In this document: piece by piece, positions 27,797 through 37,800 of the stretch
How positions within the stretch are numbered: the stretch's first letter is position 1
Layout: every line of letters starts with the position of its first letter
The notes under the pieces: model-generated
Databases searched by the model: none
What the model was told of the DNA's origin: nothing
What the model saw: only the letters and a program-made list of their open reading frames with translations
Origin: Patescibacteria group bacterium
Lineage (GTDB): Bacteria > Patescibacteriota > Minisyncoccia > Moranbacterales > SCTJ01
Assembly (NCBI GenBank): GCA_004297805.1
Contig: SCTJ01000079.1
Coordinates: 1-43,398, forward strand
Reading direction: 5' to 3'
Length of the DNA: 43,398 nt
Position numbers and translations under genes: made by a program

Positions 27797-28761
27797 TCAG
27801 CTACGGGAAATAACCACGCCCTTAAGCCGGCATTGCCAGGACTCCTCTCAGCGATAGCCGCGCCTGCATCGGTAAAAGCGCCAACACTTACTAGCTTACC
27901 ATTGGCAGCCAACCGATTAGTCCACGTGGCCCCATCAGCCAACAGTCTTTGATCGTTTGTGAGCAGATACACCGCAATATCATATATAGCCTCGGCTGGA
28001 GTCTGTCGCGCAAGCTGGTTGATCTGCAGGGCGGACATTTCCTTGGCATATTTCAATCTGCCCCTGCCATCCAGGATTTCACTCAAACCATCATCATGCA
28101 ACCTGACAAACTCCGGATAAGCGAAAGCATAGTCTTCAAATTCTTTGATGGCCTGCTGATAGCGGAACGGCATGGATTGACCAGCGAATACTTCGTCTCG
28201 AATGTAAGCAACGATATTTTGGGTCTGCCGGAAATAGTTTTGTTCAGCCGAATCGGGAATTGTTTTGGCCGAAACTAATGCCCAACGCGGTTGGATTGGA
28301 TCAGCTTCCCAAAATGGTTCGTTGTATTCCAGACTAAAAGTAACTTTGCCATAACCCGCTTGATCAAATTGTTCCCGGAGCGCATCACGGACATTTCTCG
28401 TAGTAAGTGGCTGGCCATATTTATCTTTTCCAATCCGCAAAATCAAAAACTGCCCGAGTTCTTTGGCACGTTCCAGCTCTGCTTTTTTGAAAGGAATCGG
28501 CGGAATGTCTCGAGTCTCCAATTTGAAACCAAACGCCTTCTCAATCGCCTTGGCACCGAGAAAGTCTTGCCCCAGGATAACCTCAGCCTGCTCAAATGAA
28601 ACCAATATCAAATCATGCAGAGAAATTAAATTAATTTCAATTTCTTGTTGGAGCGTTTTGGCCGCCTCCAAATCACCCGCTTTCAGCACCGCATCAAATG
28701 CAGCTTTCACCTTCTGGACAGCACTCAGCTCATCAGCGATTTGTTGGCAATTGGGTGGCAT
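27797..28761 (-). pseudogene. DGR-target paralog with a frameshift in the VR-equivalent segment (reads through into the next gene)
   Basis: FLGAKAIEKAFGF...IPPIPFKKAELE matches target FLGPQDLERAFGF...IPPIPFKKEELE. The canonical ending GVVISRS* (TGA 27797-27799) is in a shifted frame after PGN. Confidence 0.7.
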
Positions 28762-28905
28762 ATACGATTAGTATATCACATTACCCATTGACTCAAAGAC
28801 TGGCATTTCTTGGCAAAAACCCAGCTCCACACACTCCTCCTCGCATTCACACGAACTCACGGCCGTGAGTTAGTGTGAAATTTGATTTCTGTGGTAATGA
28901 CAAAA

Positions 28906-28962
28906 GTATATACACATGTATATACACGTGTATATACATTAGTATAGCATGAGTACGTACCT
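28906..28962. repeat. 57-bp palindromic upstream element (copy 2)
   Basis: 55/57 identical to 9323-9379. Confidence 0.85.
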
Positions 28963-28963
28963 C

Positions 28964-29314
28964 CTAAAGATACATGCCGACCAACTTCTCATCCACTTTC
29001 AGTCCCGCAAAGTGGCGCGCATAGAGTGTCCCCACTCCCCCTGAAAGATTTTTGATAGTTTTTCCGTGCTGGGCCGCTACCAAATTGGCCATCATGCCAC
29101 TGCGCGAACCGCTGCGGCACACAAAGACCACCTCTTTGTGCCAATCGATTTCGTCGAGTCGTTCTTCCACCTCGTTCATCGGAATCAGTTTTGAACCCTG
29201 AACATGCGCCGCGGCAAATTCTTCCGCTTCACGCACATCAATAATCTCCAGCTTGTCTGCAGCCTTTTCGTATAGTTCCTGGAATTCTTGACTGCTGATA
29301 TTTTGCACTGGCAT
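28964..29314 (-). CDS. Rhodanese-like domain protein
   Basis: IIDVRE..EF...HV.GS and VFVCRSGSRS. Confidence 0.9.
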   Translation of the reverse strand: MPVQNISSQEFQELYEKAADKLEIIDVREAEEFAAAHVQGSKLIPMNEVEERLDEIDWHKEVVFVCRSGSRSGMMANLVAAQHGKTIKNLSGGVGTLYARHFAGLKVDEKLVGMYL

Positions 29315-29395
29315 AAAATTAATTTGAAAAGATTATTTTGTACATTTTCCAAGTATACTCTCAGTTATCCCTGGCTTCAAGCCTAACGACTCTGA

Positions 29396-30295
29396 TTATT
29401 TTTCAAAATACCCACTCACATAGCTAGTCACGGTTTTGTCCTGACTGCCAAAATCATTTGATGATTGATTCCGCAATAGCCTAAAGGTATGTTTGGATTT
29501 GCCCAGAAAACCACTCAGTACCCCCATACAAGCGGGACAATCGCAACCAACTTGAGCGGCGTTTTGCGAATCCAAAGATTGCAGCACGGCCATGCTTTTC
29601 TGATCGCTTCGCTGGGCATCAGCTACTGACAAGTTATGCGAAAAATCGCTGCTCACCACCAAAAGCACCTCATCGCCAGCCAACTCACGCAGTCGCTGCC
29701 CAAAAGCCACATATTTCTCCGCCGTAGCCTCTCTACTGATTATCAGCGGAATAATATTCGCATTAGGTAAAACTTTTTTCAGGAACGGTACTTCGGTGTA
29801 GATCGAATGCTCGGCAAAAAACAATGGATTATCCTCCATAACCCCAGGCTCAGCAATCAACCGTTCGCCCAAATCATGATCGGCATCCACCACGCCAAAG
29901 GGGGTCTCCCACCCCAGCAGCGAGGTGGCCGCCAAAACATTTTTGCCTTGCAAACTCTGGAAATGGTCTGGCCCGATCATGATGACTGTCTTGGCATTTG
30001 TGTTGCCCAGACCCGCAAAAAATTCCGCTATCAGACGCTTGGCCAAAAAGTGATGTGGCACAATGCCGGCACGTACCGGATATCCCACTGAATTATCAAG
30101 CCCCGCAAAGGCTTCCGCATAGTCCTGCGGATTACCGAAAAAACTACGCAGCAACACCGCTCGAGACTCGTTTCTGGCCGGCCGATTTTCTGGACCTAAA
30201 GCAGCCGGCTTGTCATGCCAGCCAGTCCACCAAATCCCCGCGGCCGCAAGTGCAACCAACAACAGCAAACCCCAAAGAAATACTTTCCGTCGCAT
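29396..30295 (-). CDS. AmmeMemoRadiSam protein B / MEMO1-family protein, membrane anchored
   Basis: IVPHH, IGPDH, EHSI and SSDFSH motifs; N-terminal TM. Confidence 0.85.
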   Translation of the reverse strand: MRRKVFLWGLLLLVALAAAGIWWTGWHDKPAALGPENRPARNESRAVLLRSFFGNPQDYAEAFAGLDNSVGYPVRAGIVPHHFLAKRLIAEFFAGLGNTNAKTVIMIGPDHFQSLQGKNVLAATSLLGWETPFGVVDADHDLGERLIAEPGVMEDNPLFFAEHSIYTEVPFLKKVLPNANIIPLIISREATAEKYVAFGQRLRELAGDEVLLVVSSDFSHNLSVADAQRSDQKSMAVLQSLDSQNAAQVGCDCPACMGVLSGFLGKSKHTFRLLRNQSSNDFGSQDKTVTSYVSGYFEK

Positions 30296-32692
30296 CTATT
30301 TCATGAGTGGCGTAGTCCAGGTCGGTGCTGCTGGCATCTTGCCTGCCTCGATGCCATAGACCCAACCGCGCCAATCCTGATCCGTCAAACGCTTGCCCAA
30401 TGGATTAGCAAATTCAAAGTAGGAATAAGTCAGACCCTTGGTCAGCCGCGTCCCGTTGGTGTCTTTCACGGCCACGAAGATATAGTTCGGAATGCCATTA
30501 GCCTCATAGAGAATTTGATTATCCGGCACGTCTGTGTGCACATCTGCAATGAGAGCCGAGCGAGCAGAATCTTCGGTCTGATCCTCGCCGGGCAAAACCG
30601 CCATGACTGACTCCAAGTTTCCCGGGGCCAAACGCAACCATTCGAAATCCTCGTCAGAAATATTTTTATTTTCCAACTCGGCAATCGCAATTTTCCTGAG
30701 ATGCTCCAGACTTTCCAAAAGATAGGTACTGCGTCCATCAAACAAGCTATCCAACAAGCCCCGCTCTTTCAAGCCCTCGTGGGTCATCTTAGCCAGTGGA
30801 ATCAGCCGATCAAAAAATTCGATATTGGGTTCCACATAACCCTTCGGTACTGGTGGTATCTCAGCTTCATCGGGGCCGCCGCCACCCATCTCCGCATAGG
30901 ATTGCTTAGCATAGAGCAAAGTGTCGTGTTTCAACTCAGTCCATGATCCGAGCGCGCCTTGCAGATTTTTGGTATTCCAATCGGATTGTTGCATGAATCC
31001 GGGATAACCCACTTTGGATGAATCCTCTTGAAAAAGTGCGCGCAACGTGTGCAGCCATCCCCAATAGATGTTCTGCGTCCAAACGCTTTCAGGCACCGCT
31101 TGAAAGTATTGCTTCAAGCTGGTCATCCGTTTGGCAATTATTCGCTTGGAATCCGGGGCGTTGGCCGCCACCCATTGGTCCACCAATGGATCGGCGGTTT
31201 TGTTGCCCATCGTCGCCATTACCATGAGTGCGGTCGGCATACTCGGCAACGTTTCTCCTGTTTCCGAATCAGCTGTTTCTTGTCCCTGCGTCAGCGTCGA
31301 AAACACGAACGCATCCGGAGTGAATCGCTGCCCCATAAAACGGAAGCCTTTCATCTGCTGTTGTAGCTCAGACTTGCTAGTACTAGCCACACTTTCTCCG
31401 ACTACTGCCGAAGACATAATTTGCGGATTTCCCACTTCCTTGGATTCCTCCTGAATTTTCTTAACCAACGCTTCTCCCGGCGTTACACCCGGATTGGCCT
31501 CGATTATTTTTTGATATTCATAAATACCCAGGTCATCACTCTCGCCCACGAAGAACGCCGTCGGCGCATAGATATCTTCCCAGTCTTTCATTAAATTCAG
31601 CTGCTTCACCAGGAGCGTAATATTCATAGCGTCCCGCGTTAACTCTGGGCTTTTCACCAACAAATTCTGTCGCCCATACCACATCATCGAACGGAAATAG
31701 GTTCGCAGAATTGGGTTTTTGGCGTAGTGGCTGCGCGGCGTGAACTGAGTGTAATCCTCCTTGTAGGCCATACCGTTCAGCGCCTGCAATTGCAGATCTC
31801 CGAAAATGGGTGAGCTGGTCATGTCCGTGCCTTTCATCACCAGCTCTAATTCCTGTTTAGCCAGATCATAGGAAGTCGCTGGCAACTTATCTTTAAATTT
31901 TTCCAAACTAGCTATCACGGCTTCCTTAGCGTCGTCTTGGTTATCCGAAAAATTCTCGTCTTGAAATGAACGACTAGCTGTGTCGAGTAGCGCTGAAGGT
32001 ACAGCGAAATAAGCCGCCAAACGCTGATAGCTTTCCTTCTTGGCATTATCCGTAGCCGCACTCGCACCTGCTACCGCAGCATCCATGAGCGCCGTGCTCA
32101 TTTTTGAAATTCGCGGATAAAATTCTCGCTGCTCAATATATTCAAACTCTTTCTCTAAAAGCCGATGATAGACATGCAACAAATAATCCGAGGTCACAAA
32201 CACTGAATTTTCTGGTTTGCGTTCTGTCGGCAAACTAGACCCACCAATTTTGCCATACAACTCAGACCAATCATCCACCCTGGATGACGACTCATTCGAA
32301 TCTAGACCAAAAAAATCGTCTTGATTCTTGGTGATAAAGAAGTTGCGCTTGTCCAGAGATTCTTTCTGTACGGCACTAAATTGCCAAGTCTGCGCATTCT
32401 CAAAAGAATTTAGATTCCCCAGTTCGCCAGTCGCAATAGCAGCGGACGGAATACTAGGATTATAGCTAGACTTTTGATACTGATAGGCAGGAAAGCTGAA
32501 GCGCTGCCTGACATTAGGCACCCCAGCTGGCGAACCAGCGATTTGCTGATTATCAGGAGCAACCGCTTGCTTAGTCTTGTCCAAAAAGAATCCTACACCC
32601 CAAAAACCAATCAGAAAAACCAGCACGATTACTGGCACTCCAGCCAATACCACCAGTAGTTTACTTTTCCAATCAATTGGTCCGTTGTTCAT
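30296..32692 (-). CDS. DUF3160-domain protein
   Basis: DYTQFTPRSHY, YFRSMMWYG, FMGQRFTPD, SWTELKHDTLLYAKQ, RLTDQDW. Confidence 0.85.
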   Translation of the reverse strand: MNNGPIDWKSKLLVVLAGVPVIVLVFLIGFWGVGFFLDKTKQAVAPDNQQIAGSPAGVPNVRQRFSFPAYQYQKSSYNPSIPSAAIATGELGNLNSFENAQTWQFSAVQKESLDKRNFFITKNQDDFFGLDSNESSSRVDDWSELYGKIGGSSLPTERKPENSVFVTSDYLLHVYHRLLEKEFEYIEQREFYPRISKMSTALMDAAVAGASAATDNAKKESYQRLAAYFAVPSALLDTASRSFQDENFSDNQDDAKEAVIASLEKFKDKLPATSYDLAKQELELVMKGTDMTSSPIFGDLQLQALNGMAYKEDYTQFTPRSHYAKNPILRTYFRSMMWYGRQNLLVKSPELTRDAMNITLLVKQLNLMKDWEDIYAPTAFFVGESDDLGIYEYQKIIEANPGVTPGEALVKKIQEESKEVGNPQIMSSAVVGESVASTSKSELQQQMKGFRFMGQRFTPDAFVFSTLTQGQETADSETGETLPSMPTALMVMATMGNKTADPLVDQWVAANAPDSKRIIAKRMTSLKQYFQAVPESVWTQNIYWGWLHTLRALFQEDSSKVGYPGFMQQSDWNTKNLQGALGSWTELKHDTLLYAKQSYAEMGGGGPDEAEIPPVPKGYVEPNIEFFDRLIPLAKMTHEGLKERGLLDSLFDGRSTYLLESLEHLRKIAIAELENKNISDEDFEWLRLAPGNLESVMAVLPGEDQTEDSARSALIADVHTDVPDNQILYEANGIPNYIFVAVKDTNGTRLTKGLTYSYFEFANPLGKRLTDQDWRGWVYGIEAGKMPAAPTWTTPLMK

Positions 32693-32743
32693 AACGTTGT
32701 GTTTTTAATAATTGCTAAAATATATAATTATTTTTATGCCCAT

Positions 32744-34537
32744 CTAGACCTGCAGCTTCTTCTGCTGACACTCCACACTATAATTCCGCCAAAGCACTTT
32801 GAAATTTTCGTCGTTCAGAAGCATGTTGAATGTTCCTTCGCCTATAATTTGACTATCCTTGAACATATAGACGTAGTCGAAGTGCTGCAAAAGATGCAAA
32901 CTATGGACAGCTGAAATAACCACCTTATCATCGAAGGCATTGAAGATGTTCTGATAGATTTGCACCTCGTTTTCCACATCCACGCTACTGGTCGGCTCAT
33001 CTAGGAGTAAAAATTGGCTATTAGCAGCCGCCAACAATCCCCGCGCTAAAGCCAGGCGCTGTTTCTCTCCGCCGCTCAAGGACACTCCTCGCTCCAGCAC
33101 ACTGGTCTTTAGGCCCTTTTCCAAGCGACCAATCAATCCTCCGAGGTTGGCCAATTCGATCACCCGCTCGACTTCTTTGTGATCCAGATGAACTCCCAAT
33201 GTGATATTGTATTCAATGGTGTTGTTGAAAATTTCTGATTCCTGAGGAATGAGAGTGCATTGTTCATGAATATGCGCCAGGCCTTTCTCCAGTTTTTTGC
33301 CATCACAATACACACTCACGCTATCTGCCCGGTGGAGACCCCTCAGTAGAGAAAGAATGGTACTCTTGCCCGAGCCACTCACTCCAATCAAGGCAATTTT
33401 TTTGTTGCGTTCGATACTCAACGATGCGTCAATCACCGCTTGTCGCTCTTGCTGATCTCCATCCTCTCCGCGATAGGTGAAATTGAGTTTTTTCAGTTGG
33501 ATCACCTTCCAATCGCGTGGCAATCCCGCGGGCTTCTCGGAACATAGTTTGGCGTGCTCTCGCAAGATGTCCTCAGCGGCCACCATTGCTGCGTTCTGCT
33601 TCACCACTTCGCCATATTTCCAGGTGAAAGTGTAGAAAGAATCCCCCACCCGAGTCAAATACTGATAGAGAATAAACAGCGTGCCAATCACAATCACGCC
33701 CTGATCGCGATAAGAATTGTAGGCATTCCACAATAAAGCCCCCGAGGTCATGATAGAAATCAGGGTATTGGCCGAGAACCATTTCCACTCGTTGATTTTG
33801 CTATTCTCACCAAACACTACGAAGGGCTTCATGGAACGCGTTTCCATTTCTTTGACAGCTTGACCCTTGAGACGCAAGGAGATGATGGTCACATAGTTGC
33901 TGATATAGTCATAGATTCCCGCCGCGATGAAATTTTCTCCTTTGTTGATAGTCCGATACTGTTTGATTAGGCGTGTGTCAAATTTGATAACCATAATGAT
34001 AGATGCCATGGCTGCCAGTAGCACAATGACCAAGGGACGCACGTCATAGAGAGACAGCACAACAATAGACATTACCAATCCGATGGAATTTTGGATCATG
34101 ATAAACAACTCGCTGGAAAAATCAAACAGTCGCTCGCTGGCCTTGTTGATTTTGTCGATAGTGTCACCGGAATGATGATCTTTGTGCCAACTGGTTGGCA
34201 ACTCCATAGTCTTGGCAAATAGAGTCTGCCGATAATTTTTGCGTGCCAGAAAAGCGTTTTTGGTTTCAATCACCCGGGAAACTCCGTGAAAAAACCAACC
34301 CACAGCATTGATCACCACCAGCGCCAGCGCACCCCAAGCCACTAACGTCACCTGTTGGCTGCCGCTTTTTTCAAACTGAATTACATCAAAAATTTTGCCA
34401 ATCACAATGGGACTAAGGAGCCACACCACATTTCCCAAAGCCGAAAGCACGACAAACCACACCACCCGTCGGTGCGCTCCGACCGAGTAGTGCCACAGGT
34501 ATTGCAACAAATTGAGTAATGGATTTTTGGAAAACAT
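32744..34537 (-). CDS. ABC transporter fused permease/ATP-binding protein
   Basis: TM domain plus GVSGSGKS, LSGGEKQR and LLLDEPT. Confidence 0.9.
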   Translation of the reverse strand: MFSKNPLLNLLQYLWHYSVGAHRRVVWFVVLSALGNVVWLLSPIVIGKIFDVIQFEKSGSQQVTLVAWGALALVVINAVGWFFHGVSRVIETKNAFLARKNYRQTLFAKTMELPTSWHKDHHSGDTIDKINKASERLFDFSSELFIMIQNSIGLVMSIVVLSLYDVRPLVIVLLAAMASIIMVIKFDTRLIKQYRTINKGENFIAAGIYDYISNYVTIISLRLKGQAVKEMETRSMKPFVVFGENSKINEWKWFSANTLISIMTSGALLWNAYNSYRDQGVIVIGTLFILYQYLTRVGDSFYTFTWKYGEVVKQNAAMVAAEDILREHAKLCSEKPAGLPRDWKVIQLKKLNFTYRGEDGDQQERQAVIDASLSIERNKKIALIGVSGSGKSTILSLLRGLHRADSVSVYCDGKKLEKGLAHIHEQCTLIPQESEIFNNTIEYNITLGVHLDHKEVERVIELANLGGLIGRLEKGLKTSVLERGVSLSGGEKQRLALARGLLAAANSQFLLLDEPTSSVDVENEVQIYQNIFNAFDDKVVISAVHSLHLLQHFDYVYMFKDSQIIGEGTFNMLLNDENFKVLWRNYSVECQQKKLQV

Positions 34538-34651
34538 ATTCCAACTTGATTCTATCACAAAAACGGGCATATTCCCAAATAATCTGGATGGAAAACCAAA
34601 AGTGCGCCGACAAAGCGTAGCGGCGCACCCCATCGACAAACAAAGCATAGC

Positions 34652-35050
34652 CTACTCCGTTGTCACACCTTCAAACTCAGCTTCATTGGCCACCGCCTCG
34701 GCCTTAGTGGTTCGCACAATCCCATCCTTGTGATGCGCCGGAGAATAGATAGTATAGAGCTTCAAGGCCACGCTTCCAGACACGTTAATGACATTATGCT
34801 GGGCTCCAGAGGGCACCACCACCGCGTCGCCATCACTCACCGTGTATTCATGGCCATCGATGATCACTTGGCCCTCGCCCGATTCAAAACGAAAGAACTG
34901 ATCATTGTCCGGATGCACTTCCATGCCGATTTCTTCATTGGGCGCCAAACTCATCGCCACCAATTGACTGTGCTTGCCGGTATAGAGCACCTGACGAAAA
35001 TTCTCGTTGGCTGTTGTTAGCTTCTCAATGTTGGCTTTATAACCTTTCAT
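34652..35050 (-). CDS. Cupin domain protein
   Basis: EIGMEVH..NDQFFRFESG...VPSGAQHNV...LYTIYSPAHH. Confidence 0.9.
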   Translation of the reverse strand: MKGYKANIEKLTTANENFRQVLYTGKHSQLVAMSLAPNEEIGMEVHPDNDQFFRFESGEGQVIIDGHEYTVSDGDAVVVPSGAQHNVINVSGSVALKLYTIYSPAHHKDGIVRTTKAEAVANEAEFEGVTTE

Positions 35051-35124
35051 AATATTTTTTGAACTTAAAATAATTAACCTACTCTCGTAGTACAACTGAA
35101 ACACAAAAAAACAACGTTATCCCA

Positions 35125-35853
35125 TTAGCGTCGCATCAACATCTCTCGCTGCCTCTTTGACAAACGCTCAATGGCATAACGCAACATGGTCCGCGGCATA
35201 TTATGCCGCCTGGGCAACAAATATTCTAGCAGCACTTTTTCGCCACACTTTTTTCCAACTTCCCGCAGCATCCAACCCGTCGCCTTGTGAATCAAATCAT
35301 GTTTGTCATTCATCAGCCTGTCTGCCATAGCCAGCGCGTCGGAACACTGTCCACAACCAATTTCCGGAAAAGTGGCCAAAATAGCAATCCGGCGTTCCCA
35401 CATATTTTTTGAACGGGCTAATCTTCGTAGAATCCCTTTGGGTTTTCCCAATAGATACGCTCCGACAATGCGCGGCGTTGTGACATCCACCAAATCCCAG
35501 TTGTTGATGAACTGCGTGTTGGATAAATAAAAATCAAAAATCGTTTTACGTTTAGACGTATTGGTTGTTTCAAATTGCGCTACCAACATGAGCAGCGCAC
35601 ACAAGCGCTCTTCGTGTTTACCATGCTTGAGAATATTTTTTATGTCCGACAAAGAGGCTTGCTCCGCATAGCGCGTGACCACGCATCGCGTATCCGGCAC
35701 CATCACGCCCCAAAACTCATCGCCCTCGGCATATTCTCCTTTGCCGGTTTTGAAAAAACCAGCTAGCAATTTGGCTTTTCTTGGATTGGCTAAACGCGCG
35801 AATTCTTTTTTGACCTTACTCGCAACTGACTCAACCCTCCTGCTGTGTAACAT
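35125..35853 (-). CDS. DNA alkylation repair protein (AlkD-like)
   Basis: FFKTGKGEYAEGD, INNWDLVD, WERR, LIHKATGWMLREVGK, MPRTMLRYAIER. Confidence 0.9.
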   Translation of the reverse strand: MLHSRRVESVASKVKKEFARLANPRKAKLLAGFFKTGKGEYAEGDEFWGVMVPDTRCVVTRYAEQASLSDIKNILKHGKHEERLCALLMLVAQFETTNTSKRKTIFDFYLSNTQFINNWDLVDVTTPRIVGAYLLGKPKGILRRLARSKNMWERRIAILATFPEIGCGQCSDALAMADRLMNDKHDLIHKATGWMLREVGKKCGEKVLLEYLLPRRHNMPRTMLRYAIERLSKRQREMLMRR

Positions 35854-35959
35854 AAATCGCTGACCAAATAATAATTCTTTGTGATTATATCTTAAATCCA
35901 AAATGATTGGGCGGCAAATGACCATTGAACAACTAAATAAATTTTTGGGAGAACAAATG

Positions 35960-36036
35960 ATTCAAAAAGTCGAAACCCCCTCCGCTCGCTGAGCAAAGGG
36001 GGTTCGGGTTCGTTGTTGTTGTGGAGTCGCTACTCC
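35960..36036 (-). repeat. 77-bp 3'-end/terminator module, copy 1 (after guaA)
   Basis: Direct repeat of 37721-37800; contains the stop codon, a GGAGT/ACTCC hairpin, a CAA tract and a terminator. Confidence 0.9.
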
Positions 36037-37604
36037 ATCTCGGTTGTGGCCGGCGGCTTCGGGGTATAATCGACGAACACGCGCACGACCTGGCGATGCC
36101 TCCCGACCACGCTGATGATCTCGTCCTCCACCGCCACCGGCAGGTGGAAAGGCTTTGTGGTCATGAAGTCGAAGGTCGTGACCGGCCGCACGACGATGGC
36201 CGACCGATAGACCCGCCCCTCGCCCTTGATGCCGACCGTATCGAGACAGAGCATGGCCACGGGGCACTGAGCGATCTTGTTCCAGAGGTTGTGCTCCTGG
36301 AGAATCTCCCGCACCCGCGCATCCGCCCAGCGCACGACCGTCAGACGCTTCGGAGTGATCGACTTGCCGACCACCCGAATGAACAGCCCAGGTCCCGGGA
36401 ACGGATGCCGATTGACGATCCAGTCCGGCAGCCCCACCGCCGCCGCCAGATCGCGCACCTCGTACTTGAAAAGGTTGCGCAGCGGATGGATCTCCTGATA
36501 GCGGAGCTTGAGGCCGATGTTGTGATGCGACTTGATGAGGGCCGCTTCCCCCACCTTGCCAGACTCGATGAAGTCGGTGGCCAAGCTCCCCTGAGCTACG
36601 AACACCGGCTTCCCAAACCGCTCCGCCAGCCGCTTCGCCTCGCTGTCGAAGGTCCAGGCGTATTCCCCCTTGAAATGCCGGCGCTTGCACTCGGCGTTGA
36701 TCGTCGGGCCGATGGCTTTCCGGAACCGCGCCGCGGCCCGCACCACCTTGAGCTGGACTTTGGCAGCCTGAGCCGCCATACGGATCTCCCGAAGCTCGTT
36801 CTCGCGGAGCGCGCCGTGATCGATGGTCACTGCGTGTAAACGCTTCCCGAGCACCGGTTCCAAAGCGGCCCCCAGGAAACTTGAGTCCACGCCGCCACTC
36901 ATCCCGATGAGCACGTGCGCGTCCCCGATGGCCGCCAGCACTTCCTGCTGGATTGCCTTGATCTCGTCTCCAGACTCCCAGTCCTCGACGCAGCCGCAGA
37001 TGTTCTCACAGAAGTTCTTGAGAATCTGTTTCCCCTCCACGGTTTCCCGCACCTCCGGATGGAACTGCACGCCCCAGATCCGGCGCCGGAGATTGCTCAT
37101 GGCGATGATGACGTTACTCGGCACCGAGAGTCCGGTCATCCCGAAACCCTTGGGCAGAGCCGTCACGCTATCGCCGTGGCTCATCCAGACCGTCGTGGAC
37201 TCGTGGTCCGCGTGGTGCGAGAACAACGGATCCTCGTTCCCGAACGTCGCCTGAGCCGGGCCATACTCCCGACTCCCGGGATGCGCCTTGACCTCGCCGC
37301 CCAACCGCTGCGCCAGCCATTGCATCCCGTAGCAGATGCCGAGGATCGGCACCTTCAGCTTCAGGATCTGCTCCGGCGGCTGCGGCGCGTTCTCCTCGTA
37401 GACACTGGCCACGCCGCCGGAGATGATGATCCCCTTGGGCCGGTTACTCTGGAGCCACTCCTCGGCCTTCCCCGAGGAAAGCACGATCGACCGGTAGCCG
37501 ATCTCGCGGAGCGTCCGATTGATCACCTTGGTGTACTGCGAACTCATGTCGATGACCAGGAGTTGAACCCCAGCCTTTCCCTTCGCCTTCACCTTAGTCT
37601 TCAC
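36030..37604 (-). CDS. guaA: GMP synthase (glutamine-hydrolysing)
   Basis: GATase domain (LGICYGMQ, QFHPEV); SGGVDS; IKSHHN; RHPFPGPGL; KPPAT.E C-terminus. GC3-rich with an AAGGAGG RBS. Confidence 0.95.
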   Translation of the reverse strand: MKTKVKAKGKAGVQLLVIDMSSQYTKVINRTLREIGYRSIVLSSGKAEEWLQSNRPKGIIISGGVASVYEENAPQPPEQILKLKVPILGICYGMQWLAQRLGGEVKAHPGSREYGPAQATFGNEDPLFSHHADHESTTVWMSHGDSVTALPKGFGMTGLSVPSNVIIAMSNLRRRIWGVQFHPEVRETVEGKQILKNFCENICGCVEDWESGDEIKAIQQEVLAAIGDAHVLIGMSGGVDSSFLGAALEPVLGKRLHAVTIDHGALRENELREIRMAAQAAKVQLKVVRAAARFRKAIGPTINAECKRRHFKGEYAWTFDSEAKRLAERFGKPVFVAQGSLATDFIESGKVGEAALIKSHHNIGLKLRYQEIHPLRNLFKYEVRDLAAAVGLPDWIVNRHPFPGPGLFIRVVGKSITPKRLTVVRWADARVREILQEHNLWNKIAQCPVAMLCLDTVGIKGEGRVYRSAIVVRPVTTFDFMTTKPFHLPVAVEDEIISVVGRHRQVVRVFVDYTPKPPATTEME

Positions 37605-37720
37605 CTGCGACCTCCTTCTCCCCTGTGGGGTTTGTCGACGAAAAAAGCATCTCCTTGGAACTCTCCTTGCTCTAACTTATAGCAGCACAATTGCTAGGAC
37701 GTCAATTAGACAAACATATT

Positions 37721-37800
37721 ATTCAAAAAAGTCGAAACCCCCCTCCGCTCGCTGAGCAAAGGGGGGTTCGGGTTCGTTGTTGTTGTGGAGTCGCTACTCC
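37721..37800 (-). repeat. 80-bp 3'-end/terminator module, copy 2
   Basis: Differs from copy 1 only by A6/A5, C6/C5 and G6/G5 run lengths. Confidence 0.9.

Noticed and set aside
27800-27920. Second active VR for the local TR
   Set aside because: Many mismatches at non-adenine TR positions plus an indel; similarity is only at protein level.
35960-37800. Integron attC sites or a CRISPR array
   Set aside because: Only two copies 1.76 kb apart, no clear RYYYAAC/GTTRRRY box pair, and no intI or cas gene in the window; the structure is terminator-like.
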